This document shows, piece after piece, positions 31,082 through 41,433 of a stretch of DNA of 64,000 nt. The stretch covers positions 12,757 to 76,756 of the forward strand of contig CAVTNR010000021.1 of the NCBI GenBank assembly GCA_963736115.1, read 5' to 3'. The position numbers and the translations under genes are program-made. This DNA comes from an uncultured bacterium (GTDB lineage Bacteria; Zhuqueibacterota; QNDG01; DTFT01). Within the stretch, counting starts at the first letter, position 1. Each line of letters opens with the position of its first letter. The notes beneath the pieces were generated by a model that worked only from the letters and a program-made list of their open reading frames with translations, did not search any database and had not been told where the DNA came from.

Positions 31082-31720
31082 ATGCTCCGCGTGACTGAAA
31101 TCTTCCATTCGATTCAGGGCGAATCGTCCCGGGTCGGCCTTCCCTGTGTTTTCATCCGCCTCACCGGCTGCAACCTGCGCTGTTCCTACTGCGACACTGC
31201 CTACGCATGGACGGGCGGGTCCGATTGGACCCCGGAGAGCATCGTGGAACGGGTTGAATCGTACGGATGCCCGCTCGTGGAAATCACGGGCGGTGAACCC
31301 CTCGCCCAGGACGCGACACCCGGCCTGGCCCGCCGCCTGCTCGACGCCGGGCATACCGTGCTCGTGGAGACCAACGGCACGTTCGACATCGGCCGTCTGC
31401 CCTCGGGCGCGGTTCGGATCATGGATGTGAAATGCCCGTCCAGCGGCGAGAGCGCGAAAACCGTATGGCAAAACCTGGACCGCCTCGGGCCTGAAGACGA
31501 GGTGAAATTCGTGATCAGCGACTCCGCGGATTATATCTGGGCAAAGGAAGTGATCCGAGGAAACGGACTGGAGTCGCGGGCCCGGGTTCTCCTCTCCCCC
31601 GCGCACGGCCGCATGGACCGGGCCCTTCTCGCGGAATGGATGCTCGGCGACAGACTGAACGTCCGACTGCAGGTTCCGCTTCATAAAATCATCTGGCCGG
31701 AGGCGGATCGTGGCCGCTGA
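31082..31720 (+). CDS. queE: 7-carboxy-7-deazaguanine synthase (radical SAM)
   Basis: [28 protein letters not shown] and Q..LHK.IW. Confidence 0.95.
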   Translation: MLRVTEIFHSIQGESSRVGLPCVFIRLTGCNLRCSYCDTAYAWTGGSDWTPESIVERVESYGCPLVEITGGEPLAQDATPGLARRLLDAGHTVLVETNGTFDIGRLPSGAVRIMDVKCPSSGESAKTVWQNLDRLGPEDEVKFVISDSADYIWAKEVIRGNGLESRARVLLSPAHGRMDRALLAEWMLGDRLNVRLQVPLHKIIWPEADRGR

Positions 31721-32492
31721 ACAGAAATCCCGCGCCGTGGTTCTGCTCAGCGGGGGAATTGATTCCGCCACGGCCATGGCCGTCGCGTTACGGAAGGGAT
31801 TCGAGGTTTTCTGCCTGACCGTGGATTACAGCCAGCGCCATCGGACGGAACTGACATCGGCGCGGCGAATTGCCGCCGCGCTCGGCGCTACGCGCCATCT
31901 GGTTTTCAGGATGGACCTGTCCCCCATCGGCGGCTCGGCCCTGACATCGGAGATTTCCGTTCCCAAGGGCCGGCCTGAAAAACGCATGGCGTCGGCAATA
32001 CCGGTCACCTATGTTCCTGCGCGCAATACCATGTTCCTGTCCGTCGCTTTGGGATGGGCTGAAACCCTCGGGGCGCGGGACATCTTCATCGGCGTGAACG
32101 CGGTGGACTATTCCGGTTACCCGGACTGCAGGCCGGCCTTCATCCGGTCCTTTGAGCGGACCGCCAATCTGGCCACCCAAGCCGGCGTGGAAGGCGGTCG
32201 GTTCCGGATCCGCACGCCCCTGCTCAGGCTCACCAAAGCGGCCATCATACGCAAAGCGGTCGCGCTCGGCGTGCCGCTGGAACTCACGCACAGCTGTTAT
32301 GATCCGGATTCACGGGGCCGGGCCTGCGGCGGATGCGACAGCTGTATGCTGAGGCGGAAGGGTTTCCGCGAAGCGGGGATTCCGGATCCGACGCGGTATG
32401 GGAATGGAGAGAACCGGACCCGGTCGGACCGAACCCCCACGGCCGACATTCGTAAAACCGGCAAACGATCCGGATCGAGGAGGATGAAATGA
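31710..32492 (+). CDS. queC: 7-cyano-7-deazaguanine synthase
   Basis: [22 protein letters not shown] and HSCY...CGGCDSC. Confidence 0.97.
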   Translation: MAAEQKSRAVVLLSGGIDSATAMAVALRKGFEVFCLTVDYSQRHRTELTSARRIAAALGATRHLVFRMDLSPIGGSALTSEISVPKGRPEKRMASAIPVTYVPARNTMFLSVALGWAETLGARDIFIGVNAVDYSGYPDCRPAFIRSFERTANLATQAGVEGGRFRIRTPLLRLTKAAIIRKAVALGVPLELTHSCYDPDSRGRACGGCDSCMLRRKGFREAGIPDPTRYGNGENRTRSDRTPTADIRKTGKRSGSRRMK

Positions 32493-32890
32493 AACCCGGG
32501 AATAAAAAAGGCTCCGCCGCGATCCGCAGCGCGAAGCTCACTGCGGTTCCGAACCAGTACCCGGACCGCGACACGGAAGTGTCGGTGACCCTTCCGGAAT
32601 TCACCTGCCTGTGCCCCATCACCGGGTATCCGGATTTCGCGACGATCCGCGTGAACTACATCCCGGACCGGTCCATCGTGGAGTTGAAATCCCTGAAACT
32701 GTACATCAACCGGTTCAGGGACCAGAGCCATTTTCACGAGGCGGTCACGAACCGGATTCTCGACGACCTGGTGGCCTGCGCGCGGCCGAGATGGATGGAA
32801 GTGATCGGAGACTTCAATCCGCGCGGCAACGTCAAGACCGTGGTGCGCGTCGAGCACAACGCGGAATTCCGGAACGGGAGGACGGCGTGA
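32489..32890 (+). CDS. queF: NADPH-dependent preQ0 reductase, type I
   Basis: [16 protein letters not shown], QueF motif [15 protein letters not shown] and FNPRG. Confidence 0.95.
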   Translation: MKPGNKKGSAAIRSAKLTAVPNQYPDRDTEVSVTLPEFTCLCPITGYPDFATIRVNYIPDRSIVELKSLKLYINRFRDQSHFHEAVTNRILDDLVACARPRWMEVIGDFNPRGNVKTVVRVEHNAEFRNGRTA

Positions 32891-33735
32891 AGGACGTGCA
32901 GAGCCAGTCGGACGACCGCAACATACCGATCGACCGGGTGGGAGTCAAGGGCCTGCGCTACCCGATCACTGTCCTGGACCGGGCCCGCAGGAAACAGCAC
33001 ACCGTGGCCTCGGTCAACATGTACGTGAACCTTCCCCACCGTTTCAGGGGCACGCACATGAGCCGTTTCGTGGAAATTCTCAGCGAGCACCGTGACGCGC
33101 TCCACATCGACACCATCGGCGACATTCTCGAAAAAATGAAGGACCGGCTGGATGCCGAGGAAGCGCACATGGAAGTGGCTTTCCCGTATTTCATCGAAAA
33201 GAAAGCCCCGGCTTCCGGAACGGCCAGCCTCATGGAATACGGGTGCACCTATGTCGGCACGCTGGGCCGCGACCGCGATTTCATTCTCGGCGTGTCGGTT
33301 CCGGTGACCACCGTGTGCCCGTGCTCGAAGGAAATCTCGGACCGCGGCGCGCACAACCAGCGTTCCGTGGTGACCATACATGCCCGTTTCCGGAAATTCA
33401 TCTGGATCGAGGAACTGGTCGAAACCGCCGAAGCCGCGGCTTCCTGCCCGATATGGCCGCTCCTGAAACGCTCCGACGAGAAGGCGGTGACCGAACGCGG
33501 ATACGACCACCCGCGCTTTGTCGAGGACGTGGTGAGGGAGGTGGCGCTCCGGCTGGACAAGGACCCGCGCATAACCTGGTACCGGGTCGAATCCGAGAAC
33601 ATGGAATCCATTCACAACCACAACGCATACGCCTCGATCGAACGAAAACCCCCGGCGCATCAGCCGGCCGGCCCGGTGTCCCGGCCCCAGGCGAAACGGA
33701 AACAGCCCGCTTCCGGCGGAAAACGGCGCGGATGA
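32887..33735 (+). CDS. folE2: GTP cyclohydrolase IB
   Basis: GTG start overlaps the queF stop. DVQ...D.R.I.IDRVGV, GTHMSRF, CPCSKEIS, AHNQRS, FVED and ESIHNHNAYA. Confidence 0.95.
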   Translation: MKDVQSQSDDRNIPIDRVGVKGLRYPITVLDRARRKQHTVASVNMYVNLPHRFRGTHMSRFVEILSEHRDALHIDTIGDILEKMKDRLDAEEAHMEVAFPYFIEKKAPASGTASLMEYGCTYVGTLGRDRDFILGVSVPVTTVCPCSKEISDRGAHNQRSVVTIHARFRKFIWIEELVETAEAAASCPIWPLLKRSDEKAVTERGYDHPRFVEDVVREVALRLDKDPRITWYRVESENMESIHNHNAYASIERKPPAHQPAGPVSRPQAKRKQPASGGKRRG

Positions 33736-34628
33736 ACGCCTCCCCTGTCCGGTCCGCGCTCGCGGCCGACCCTCATCATCTCAGGGCCGTGGGATATCTC
33801 GCCCTGACCGCGTCGCTGTGGAGTTTCGGCGGGGTTCTGATCAAATGGGTGGACTGGAATCCGATCGCCATCGCCGCCACGCGCAGTTGGATCGCCCTTC
33901 CCCTGCTTTTCCTGGCCGCGGGAAAAAGCCACATTGACCATTCGAAAACCCAATGGGCCGGGGCCGTGGCGTATGCCTGCACCGTGCTGTTGTTCGTCAG
34001 CGCGAACAAACTGACCACGTCGGCGAATGCCATCCTGCTCCAGTACACGGCCCCGGTGTACGTCGCCATTCTCGGGCATTTTCTTCTGCATGAACGCGTG
34101 GACCGAACCGACGGCCTGGCCGTGGTCCTTGTGCTGGCCGGCATGTCGCTTTTCTTCCTGGACAAGCTCAGCGCGGCGAACGCCCTGGGAAACGGCGTCG
34201 CGGTACTGAGCGGCGTGGCCTTCGCCTGGCTCGTGGTGCTGATGCGGAAACAGAAGCATGGATCCCCGCTCGGCTCGGTCGTTCTGGGCAACCTCATCAC
34301 CGGCATCGTCGGCATTCCATTCATGCTCCACCCGCCCCGGGACGTGTCGAGCTGGACGGGCCTCCTCCTGCTCGGCGTTTTCCAGATCGGCTTCTCCTAC
34401 CTGTTCTACGCCAGGGCCATCCGCCACGTCACCGCTTTGGAGGGAATTCTGGTTCCCGTGATAGAACCGATACTCAACCCGATCTGGGCGTTCCTGTTCA
34501 TCGGGGAAAGACCCGGGCACTGGGCCTTCATCGGCGGAGTGATCGTCATCGCCACCGTGATTCTCAGATCCGTTCATTCCATACGATACCGGTGGGAGGA
34601 CCACCCTCCGGCCCAGGGAGCCGCCTGA
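33732..34628 (+). CDS. EamA/DMT-family transporter
   Basis: ATG 33732 overlaps the folE2 stop (ATGA). About 10 hydrophobic segments; ANKLTTSANAILLQYTAP...LHE and IEPILNPIW..LF.GERP. Confidence 0.9.
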   Translation: MNASPVRSALAADPHHLRAVGYLALTASLWSFGGVLIKWVDWNPIAIAATRSWIALPLLFLAAGKSHIDHSKTQWAGAVAYACTVLLFVSANKLTTSANAILLQYTAPVYVAILGHFLLHERVDRTDGLAVVLVLAGMSLFFLDKLSAANALGNGVAVLSGVAFAWLVVLMRKQKHGSPLGSVVLGNLITGIVGIPFMLHPPRDVSSWTGLLLLGVFQIGFSYLFYARAIRHVTALEGILVPVIEPILNPIWAFLFIGERPGHWAFIGGVIVIATVILRSVHSIRYRWEDHPPAQGAA

Positions 34629-34830
34629 CCCGGGAGTAACCCGCGAAGGGAAACCGCCCCGAACTGTCGGAAGAAGGAGCATCGCCGTCCAACGGCCCTT
34701 TGGGCCCCGTTTGCCGGGCCGTCCGGCTCCGATTTTCCCCTTGATTTATGGTGCGCAAATGCGTATTTTTTAGAGACTCGATGACGGCCGGACGAGCCGT
34801 CGCCACTCGCACCCTTGATCGGAGGATGGT

Positions 34831-34941
34831 ATGGGCAAGGATCGGGACATCAAGAGCAAAGAAACCAAGAAAAAAGCGGGCAAGTCCCTGAAAGAGAAGC
34901 GCGAAGCGAAGAAGGCGAAAAAAGCGACCAAGTCGATTTAG
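34831..34941 (+). CDS. Small Lys-rich protein, 36 aa
   Basis: MGKDRDIKSKETKKKAGKSLKEKREAKKAKKATKSI. GGAGG RBS at 34821, putative promoter TTGATT-17-TATTTT at 34741-34769 and a downstream terminator. Below the ORF track length cutoff. Confidence 0.75.
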   Translation: MGKDRDIKSKETKKKAGKSLKEKREAKKAKKATKSI

Positions 34942-34976
34942 TCCGAAACTACACGCGTATTTCCGTCCGCATTCCA

Positions 34977-35015
34977 GATCGTTGGCCGGATGGCGCGGCC
35001 AACGATCAATTTTTT
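34977..35015 (+). terminator. Intrinsic terminator after the small Lys-rich ORF
   Basis: 12-bp stem GATCGTTGGCCG/CGGCCAACGATC with a 7-nt loop, followed by AATTTTTT. Confidence 0.7.
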
Positions 35016-35070
35016 ATACTGCATCCGCTCGACTCGGGGCGGTTTTGTCGAACGGGAAAAGGAGTCGTTT

Positions 35071-36396
35071 TTGGCAGCGGAAATCATGGACAAAATCGTT
35101 TCCCTGTGCAAGAGAAGGGGATTTATTTTCCAGTCGAGCGAGATATACGGCGGCATCAACGCCTGCTATGATTACGGCCCGCTCGGCGTGGAACTCAAGC
35201 GCAACGTGAAGGAACAGTGGTGGCGGGCCATGGTGGTCGAGAACGAGGATATCGTGGGTCTCGACGCCGCCATTCTCATGCATCCGCGCGTCTGGGAGGC
35301 GTCGGGACACGTCGCCGGGTTCACGGATCCGCTGGTCGACTGCCGCCAGTGCAAACAGCGCTTCCGGCAGGACGAGATCGATCCCAAAAAATGGGAAAAG
35401 CGGCAGTGCCCCGCGTGCGGCAACGCGAACGTCCTGACCGACGCGCGCCAGTTCAACCTGATGTTCAAGACGCACATGGGCCCCGTGGAGGAGGATGCCA
35501 CGGTGGTTTACCTGCGGCCCGAGACCGCCCAGGGCATTTACGTCAACTACAAGAACGTGATGGACTCCTCGCGCAAGAAGATCCCGTTCGGCATCGCCCA
35601 GATCGGCAAGGCGTTCCGGAACGAGATCACGCCCGGCAATTTCATTTTCCGCACCCGCGAATTCGAACAGATGGAAATGCAGTATTTCGTCAAGCCGGGA
35701 ACGGACGAGGAAGTGTGGCAGGCGTGGAAAGACAGGCGCATGGCCTGGTACCGGCGGATCGGCATTCACCCGGAGAAGCTCCGGTTCCGACAGCATGGGC
35801 CCGACGAGCTCGCGCATTACGCCAAAGCGGCCATGGACGTCGAGTACGAATACCCGATCGGCTGGAAGGAGCTGGAGGGCATTCACAACCGCACGGATTT
35901 CGACCTGTCCCGGCACCAGCAGTTCTCGGGCAAGGACCTGTCGTATTTCGACGACGCCACCCGCGAGCGCTTCATCCCGTATATCATCGAGACATCGGCC
36001 GGGTGCGACCGCACCGTCCTGACCTGCCTCATCGACGCCTACGAGGAACAGAAGCTGGAGAACGACACGCGGACGGTCCTGCACCTCGACCCGACGCTCG
36101 CGCCGGTGAAGGCCGCCGTGTTCCCGCTGGTGAACCGGGACGGCATGCCGGAACTCGCGCGGAAAATCATGGACGATTTGCGGGGCGAGTTCATCGCCTT
36201 TTACGACGACTCCGGCGCAGTTGGACGGCGGTACCGCCGCCAGGACGAGGCCGGAACGCCTTTCTGCGTCACCGTGGACTCACAGACTTTGCAGGACGAA
36301 ACCGTCACGGTCCGCGACCGGGACTCCATGAGCCAGGACCGGGTGGCCATACGCGGCCTGGTTCCGGAACTGAGGAAGCGGATCTGGGGAAAATGA
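35071..36396 (+). CDS. glyQS: Glycine-tRNA ligase, homodimeric (eukaryote/archaea-like) type
   Basis: CKRRGF...[35 protein letters not shown] and IETSAG. TTG 35071 follows AAGGAG; alternative ATG at 35086. Confidence 0.97.
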   Translation: MAAEIMDKIVSLCKRRGFIFQSSEIYGGINACYDYGPLGVELKRNVKEQWWRAMVVENEDIVGLDAAILMHPRVWEASGHVAGFTDPLVDCRQCKQRFRQDEIDPKKWEKRQCPACGNANVLTDARQFNLMFKTHMGPVEEDATVVYLRPETAQGIYVNYKNVMDSSRKKIPFGIAQIGKAFRNEITPGNFIFRTREFEQMEMQYFVKPGTDEEVWQAWKDRRMAWYRRIGIHPEKLRFRQHGPDELAHYAKAAMDVEYEYPIGWKELEGIHNRTDFDLSRHQQFSGKDLSYFDDATRERFIPYIIETSAGCDRTVLTCLIDAYEEQKLENDTRTVLHLDPTLAPVKAAVFPLVNRDGMPELARKIMDDLRGEFIAFYDDSGAVGRRYRRQDEAGTPFCVTVDSQTLQDETVTVRDRDSMSQDRVAIRGLVPELRKRIWGK

Positions 36397-36479
36397 TAAA
36401 CCGGTTGCTCCTCCCTTTTCAGACGGAGGCGGCCGGGATGCGTTTCACAGTAACCCAATTTATTCGAGAGGAGGTACCC

Positions 36480-36920
36480 ATGGCTCAGGGAAGAGGCACC
36501 GTGAACAAAGTCATTCTGTTGGGACGACTCGGGGCCGACCCGCAGCTGAAGTACACTCCTTCCGGACGGGCAACCGTGAACTTCAACTTGGCGACGAATC
36601 AGGTCTGGAAGGACCAGGAAGGTAAACAGCAGGAGAAAACGGACTGGTCCCGGGTGGTGGCCTGGGGCAAGCTCGCTGAAATCATGGGCGAGTACCTGAA
36701 AAAGGGCAGTCTGGTGTACCTGGAGGGCCGCCTCCAGACCCGGTCGTACGAGGACACCAGCGGCGTCAAAAAATTCATCACCGAAGTCGTGGCCCAGGAA
36801 ATGGAAATGCTGGGCGGCGGAAAGCGGGGCGAGGGCGCGGGTCCGGAGGGGTCGCAGGAAGCGCCTCCCGCGGGCGAAGGGGTGCCGGATCCGTCCGACG
36901 TGTCCGATCTTCCGTTCTGA
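36480..36920 (+). CDS. ssb: Single-stranded DNA-binding protein
   Basis: VNKVILLGRLGADP, YLKKGSLVYLEGRLQTR and C-terminal DLPF; GAGGAGG RBS. Confidence 0.97.
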   Translation: MAQGRGTVNKVILLGRLGADPQLKYTPSGRATVNFNLATNQVWKDQEGKQQEKTDWSRVVAWGKLAEIMGEYLKKGSLVYLEGRLQTRSYEDTSGVKKFITEVVAQEMEMLGGGKRGEGAGPEGSQEAPPAGEGVPDPSDVSDLPF

Positions 36921-36929
36921 CGGGCCGGG

Positions 36930-37328
36930 ATGAAACCGCTTCCTGAAACAACGATCGATCAACTGGTGCGGGCCGCTTCTGCGGCCCGCTCTTTTGCTTA
37001 TGCGCCCTACTCGAAGTTCCTCGTCGGCGCCGCGCTCCTGTGCCCGGACGGCCGTATTTTCACCGGGTGCAACGTCGAGAACGCCTCGTACGGTCTCACG
37101 GTATGCGCCGAGCGGACGGCTGTACTCAAAGCCGTTTCGGAAGGGATCGCGTCTTTCGATGCAGTCGCCGTATGCGCGGACACGGACGCGCCGGTCACGC
37201 CCTGCGGCGCCTGCAGGCAGGTGCTGGCGGAGTTCAACCCCTCCATGACCGTGGTCTGCTGCACAGCCTCCGGGAAGAAAACCGTTTATTCCCTCTCGGA
37301 ACTGCTGCCGCATTCGTTCCATTTTTAA
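36930..37328 (+). CDS. cdd: Cytidine deaminase (homotetrameric type)
   Basis: AYAPYSKF.VGAA, GCNVENASY, CAER, PCGACRQ and ELLP.SF. Confidence 0.96.
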   Translation: MKPLPETTIDQLVRAASAARSFAYAPYSKFLVGAALLCPDGRIFTGCNVENASYGLTVCAERTAVLKAVSEGIASFDAVAVCADTDAPVTPCGACRQVLAEFNPSMTVVCCTASGKKTVYSLSELLPHSFHF

Positions 37329-37348
37329 TACTATCCCCAAATAAAAAA

Positions 37349-37399
37349 CGCACGCTGAAGCGTGCGGCTACCACAAGTTAAAAATGATCCGGTAGCCGC
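37349..37399. repeat. GTAG-type REP-like palindromic element (one full copy and one partial inverted copy)
   Basis: The reverse complement of 37349-37371 reads GTAGC-CGCACGC-TTCA-GCGTGCG (GTAG then hairpin). GGTAGCCGC at 37391-37399 is the inverse of 37364-37372. Confidence 0.6.
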
Positions 37400-37522
37400 G
37401 GGCCTTCAATAATTGCAGAATACAATCACTTGGTCCCGTTCATCGGGACCTTGGCCCGCGCCTTTTTCAACTAAAAACCTCCCGCCGGTTGTTTTTCAAT
37501 CCCTCGGAAGGTTTTTTTCTTT

Positions 37523-37557
37523 AACCCGGAACCCGAAACTCGGAACTCGGAACCGAG
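37523..37557. repeat. Heptamer tandem repeat (AACYCGR)
   Basis: AACCCGG AACCCGA AACTCGG AACTCGG AACCGAG, directly after the GH3 stop codon. Confidence 0.7.
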
Positions 37558-37560
37558 TGT

Positions 37561-40055
37561 TTACTCCAGCTCGAACTCCCCTTCCAGGCGGATATCGCGG
37601 GACGAACTCCCGACCAGCACCTTGAAGCGTCCCGGTTCCGCTTTCCAGCCTTTCGATACCGGATCCCAGAAGGAAAGCGCGTCCCGGTCGAGGCTGAAGT
37701 CGATCACGCGGCTCTGACCCGGTACAAGGCGGACCTTTCGGAAAGCCTTGAGCTCTTTCTTCGGACGGTCCACGCTCGATTCCGTATCCGACACATACAC
37801 CTGAACCACTTCCGCGCCCGCGACCGGACCCGTGTTCCGGACGGAAAGCCGGACACTGACTCTTCCGTCCGCTCCGATCCGGGACGGCGACACCTTGAGA
37901 TTGCCGTATTCAAACGTCGTATAGCTCAGCCCGTGGCCGAAGGGGAAGAGCGGTTCGATTCCATATTGATCAAAATAACGGTACCCGACGTAAAGACCCT
38001 CCGAGTATTCCACTCTCCCCGTCTCGCCCGGAAAACGGCCGTATGCCGGGCAATCCTCCCATTTGCGGGCGAATGTCGTCGGCAGTTTGCCCGAGGGATT
38101 CACGTCGCCGAACAGGATGTCCGCGATCGCGGCTCCGCCTTCCTGACCCGGGAACCAGACCTGTACCAGTGCCTTGACGGAATCAACCCACGCGTTCATG
38201 TCGATCATGGCGCCCGAGCACAGCACCACAGCCGTATTCGGATTCACCCGGAAACGGCGCGGATCAGCTCCTCCTGGGCCGGATCGAGCCTGAGGTCCGA
38301 CCTGTCGAAGCCCTCCGATTCCTCCCGTTCCGTGGAACCGGCGAACACGACAGCGGCATCCGCCCCCCTGGCTGCCTCGACCGCGAGCGACAATTCGTCC
38401 GTTTTTCCGACAGACTCGTTTTTCCACGCAAGCACCGCATCCGCGCCGCCCGGTCCTTCGAACATCTCGATCCGGATCGAATAGACGCTCCCTGCCTTCA
38501 GGTTCACCCGGCCGGTTTTATACGTCAGTGCGTGCTGGCCCCAGTTATCCACCAGCAGTATGCCGTTGAGCCAGAGGCGCGATCCGTCGTCGGAACCGAT
38601 TCCAAGGGAATAAGTTCCGGATTCCGTCGGTACCAGGCTGCCGGTCCAGCGCACGGAAAACCCGTCCGCCGGGAGAGCCGGATGGGGCGCCTGGTCGCCC
38701 CAGTTGAATACGATCATGGGATCCGTGCGTACGACCGCGGGCGATCCCTGCAAGTTCGGATTCGTGTAGTATTCGCCGACCAGGCCTCTGCGTCCCGATT
38801 TGTGACCGGACTGGGACAGGTGGATGGAATCGACCGGGGTCAGATCCATCGATTCCGGGACTCCCCTCGCGGAACGTATGTCCACTGCGGTACCCAGCTT
38901 CCGCTGAATGCCTTCCAGCGGAGAAACAGCGATGAAAGGATCGACTTTCGAGCTTCCGCCGCCGCCGGTCACGGCTTTCACCGCATGCGGACCGATCACC
39001 GCAATGGACCGAATCTTTTTACGGTCCAGCGGCAGCATTCCAGCCGTATTTTTCAGAAGAACCGCGCTCTCCCGGGCCGCCTGCAGGGCCACGGCGCGCT
39101 GTCCGGCCGTGTCCACGGCCGCCTCACCGGCGCGGGTGGAATCGAAAAGTCCGGCCGCAAGCATGGTGCGCAGCATGCGGAAAACCTTATCGTCCACGGT
39201 CTTCTCGGGCACGCGTCCGTTACGGATCGCGTTCAGCACCGCCTCCCGTGTGAGATACTGGCCGCCCGGCATCTCGAGGTCAAGCCCGCCGTTCAGCGTG
39301 GAATCCACGTCATGCACAGCGCCCCAGTCGGACATGACCAGGCCCTTGAAGCCCCATTCGTTTTTCAGCACATCCGTCAGGAGCCATGGATCCGCGCAGC
39401 AATAGGGCCCGTTCAACCGGTTGTAGGCGCCCATCACGGCCCACACGCCGGCTTCCTGAACCGAGGCCTTGAAAGCCGGCAGATAGATTTCTCTCAGCGT
39501 TCTCTCGTCCACGGCCGCGTTGATCGTGAAACGCTCGCTTTCCTGGTTATTCACTGCAAAGTGCTTCACTGTCGCGATGACGCCCTTTGCCTGCATGCCC
39601 CGGATATAGGAAACCGCCATGCGGGACGCCAGAAACGGATCCTCCCCGAAGCTCTCGAAGTTGCGGCCCCCGTGCGGCACGCGGTGTATGTTGACGCACG
39701 GCCCGAGCAGAACATTCAGGCCCTTGGCCCGTGTCTCAACCGCTATCGCCTGCCCCGTATTCCCGACAAGATCCGGGTTCCAGGTCGCGGCCATGGCTAC
39801 ACCGGACGGAAACGCGGTCGACCGGCCCTTGCGCACGCCCAGGGGGCCGTCCGTCATTTTCATCGCCGGAATGCCGAGCCTGGGAACCGGCCTGGAATCG
39901 AATCCGGTGCCGGAAAGCATGTCGGCTTTTTCTTCGAGAGTCATCCGCGACAGCAGTTTCGCGGCCCTGGAATCGACATCCGAAGGACCGGAACAGGATG
40001 TCCAGACTGCTGCGGCGAGCAAAGCCGGCAGTATCAGGTTTTTCGCTTTTCGCAT
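37561..40055 (-). CDS. GH3 beta-glucosidase with PA14 insert and C-terminal Fn3-like domain, predicted lipoprotein; -1 indel at about 38250
   Basis: Lipobox-like VWTSC, DGPLG, GGRNFESFGEDP, VKHF, nucleophile VMSDW and PA14 FSVRWTG..SDDG. The second ORF has WFPGQEGG, YSEG..VGYR and FPFGHGLSYT. Adding one base gives ELIRAVSRVNPNTAVVL. Confidence 0.92.
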
Positions 40056-40203
40056 GAAAAGAGCCTCCGTTGGGGATCGTTTCCGGTTACCCCGGTAATT
40101 AACGCTTTTATAAACATCCTCTCAAGTAAAAGAATGTAAAAACCTTCAGAACCTCCCGCGGGTTTGTAAAAGCAAGCGGAAGGTTAAACGCGTCCTGACA
40201 AGC

Positions 40204-40234
40204 AAAAAGCGGGAATCCAGTCCCGCTTTTTTTT
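40204..40234. terminator. Bidirectional intrinsic terminator closing the TPR-CsgG/propeller/barrel unit
   Basis: AAAAAGCGGGA-ATCCAG-TCCCGCTTTTTTTT. Confidence 0.8.
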
Positions 40235-40259
40235 AAAAATACTATCATTTTCCTGCAGT

Positions 40260-40282
40260 GCGACGCACCGCGTCGCCCCTAC
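40260..40282 (-). repeat. GTAG-type REP-like element of a second sequence family
   Basis: Minus strand reads GTAG-GG-GCGACGC-GGT-GCGTCGC (GTAG then a 7-bp hairpin). Confidence 0.6.
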
Positions 40283-40325
40283 GGGATGTCCCGACCATCC
40301 CGGAGTCGACCCCGGGGGCCGGATT

Positions 40326-41420
40326 CTAAAACCTGTACTCCATCCCCCCTGTGATTTCAAAACCCATCAGCCATTTTGCGTCATGCAGGGAATAGTCCCT
40401 GCCGCGGAGCACCTTTACCTCGCCCTTCAGCTTCATCTCCGGGCTCACCTGCCGCTCCGGACCGAATCCCACTCCCGCATGATACCCGTGGGTGATCGCG
40501 TCCGTCTTGAAAAAATACCTCGCTTCAGCCGAATAATTGAGAGCCGTTTGAGGGTTGAGCCGCCTGCGGTACCGGGCCATGGTCTCGAACTCGTCCCTCT
40601 GCATTTTGAATTCAGCGTCCGTCCCGGGCATATAGATCACGCTCTTGCCCCGGCTCCTGAACCGGCCGAACAGCCAGAGCAGGTCGTATCCGATATATCT
40701 CTTGTACTGGCCGGCGGCCATGACCTTGGCGCCCGATTTCATCATGTCCGCTTTATCGTATACGTCTTTTCCATACACCGTGACCGTGAGATCAAAGGAT
40801 ACCGCGGACACCTCCGAGGTCTGGTAATCAATGCCGCCCGTGAGCAATAGCTCACCGCCCTGCTTGTATGTTTTCATTCCTTGCACCGGCACATACCCTC
40901 CTTTATGCTGGTAGGAGGCGCCGAGGCCGAGAACGGTCTGGTCGTTCAGGGGATTTGCCCAGGTGATCCCGGGCGATACGGAAAACCCCTGTCCGAAAAC
41001 AGGAACCCGGTAATTGAAATAACTGTTGCTCAGGCCGATGGATGTGGCAAATTCGTCCTGCGTCAGCTCCCGCTTTCCGGTCGGCAGGCCGACGCCCAGA
41101 TTCAGCAGGAGGTTCCGGTCCTCCATATAATAATTCGCGGACACCTGCGCGTCCGTGATCCCCGAGAGATCCTCGAAATGAAGGCCGGATGCGGACGCGC
41201 CGCCGAGGAATACGCTCAGGCCCGCATTGCGTTCGATCGGATAATACGCTTCGACCGGAAAGTGGAACTCGGAGAGACTGGCGACATCGGTGATGGACCA
41301 GGACTGATACCCGGCCGAGATCAGGACCTTGCCCCGGGCGGAAATCACGTCCGGGTCGTCATCCGCGGCCGAAACGGAGCAGGCGAGCAGGACGAATACG
41401 ATCAAGCGGAGCGGTTTCAT
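40326..41420 (-). CDS. Putative outer-membrane beta-barrel protein of unknown function
   Basis: Signal peptide, alternating Gly/aromatic amphipathic strands, LPTG-type loop and beta-signal-like C-terminus GGMEYRF; GGAGG RBS. Confidence 0.7.
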   Translation of the reverse strand: MKPLRLIVFVLLACSVSAADDDPDVISARGKVLISAGYQSWSITDVASLSEFHFPVEAYYPIERNAGLSVFLGGASASGLHFEDLSGITDAQVSANYYMEDRNLLLNLGVGLPTGKRELTQDEFATSIGLSNSYFNYRVPVFGQGFSVSPGITWANPLNDQTVLGLGASYQHKGGYVPVQGMKTYKQGGELLLTGGIDYQTSEVSAVSFDLTVTVYGKDVYDKADMMKSGAKVMAAGQYKRYIGYDLLWLFGRFRSRGKSVIYMPGTDAEFKMQRDEFETMARYRRRLNPQTALNYSAEARYFFKTDAITHGYHAGVGFGPERQVSPEMKLKGEVKVLRGRDYSLHDAKWLMGFEITGGMEYRF

Positions 41421-41433
41421 GGTTCCTCCGGGC

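Noticed and set aside
30712-33735. que cluster as a dpd-type 7-deazaguanine DNA-modification/defence island or a deazapurine antibiotic cluster
   Set aside because: There is no dpdA/tgt paralogue, helicase, nuclease, integrase or tailoring enzyme nearby. The presence of queF and the housekeeping context fit tRNA queuosine synthesis.
34630-35070. T-box or leader-peptide attenuator upstream of glyQS
   Set aside because: I found no T-box consensus (TGGNACCGCG) before the terminator, and the small ORF has only two Gly codons. The hairpin is better explained as that ORF's terminator.
37523-37557. CRISPR array at the short intergenic repeats (also 47357 and 52015)
   Set aside because: The units are 7-10 nt with no unique spacers, and there are no cas genes.
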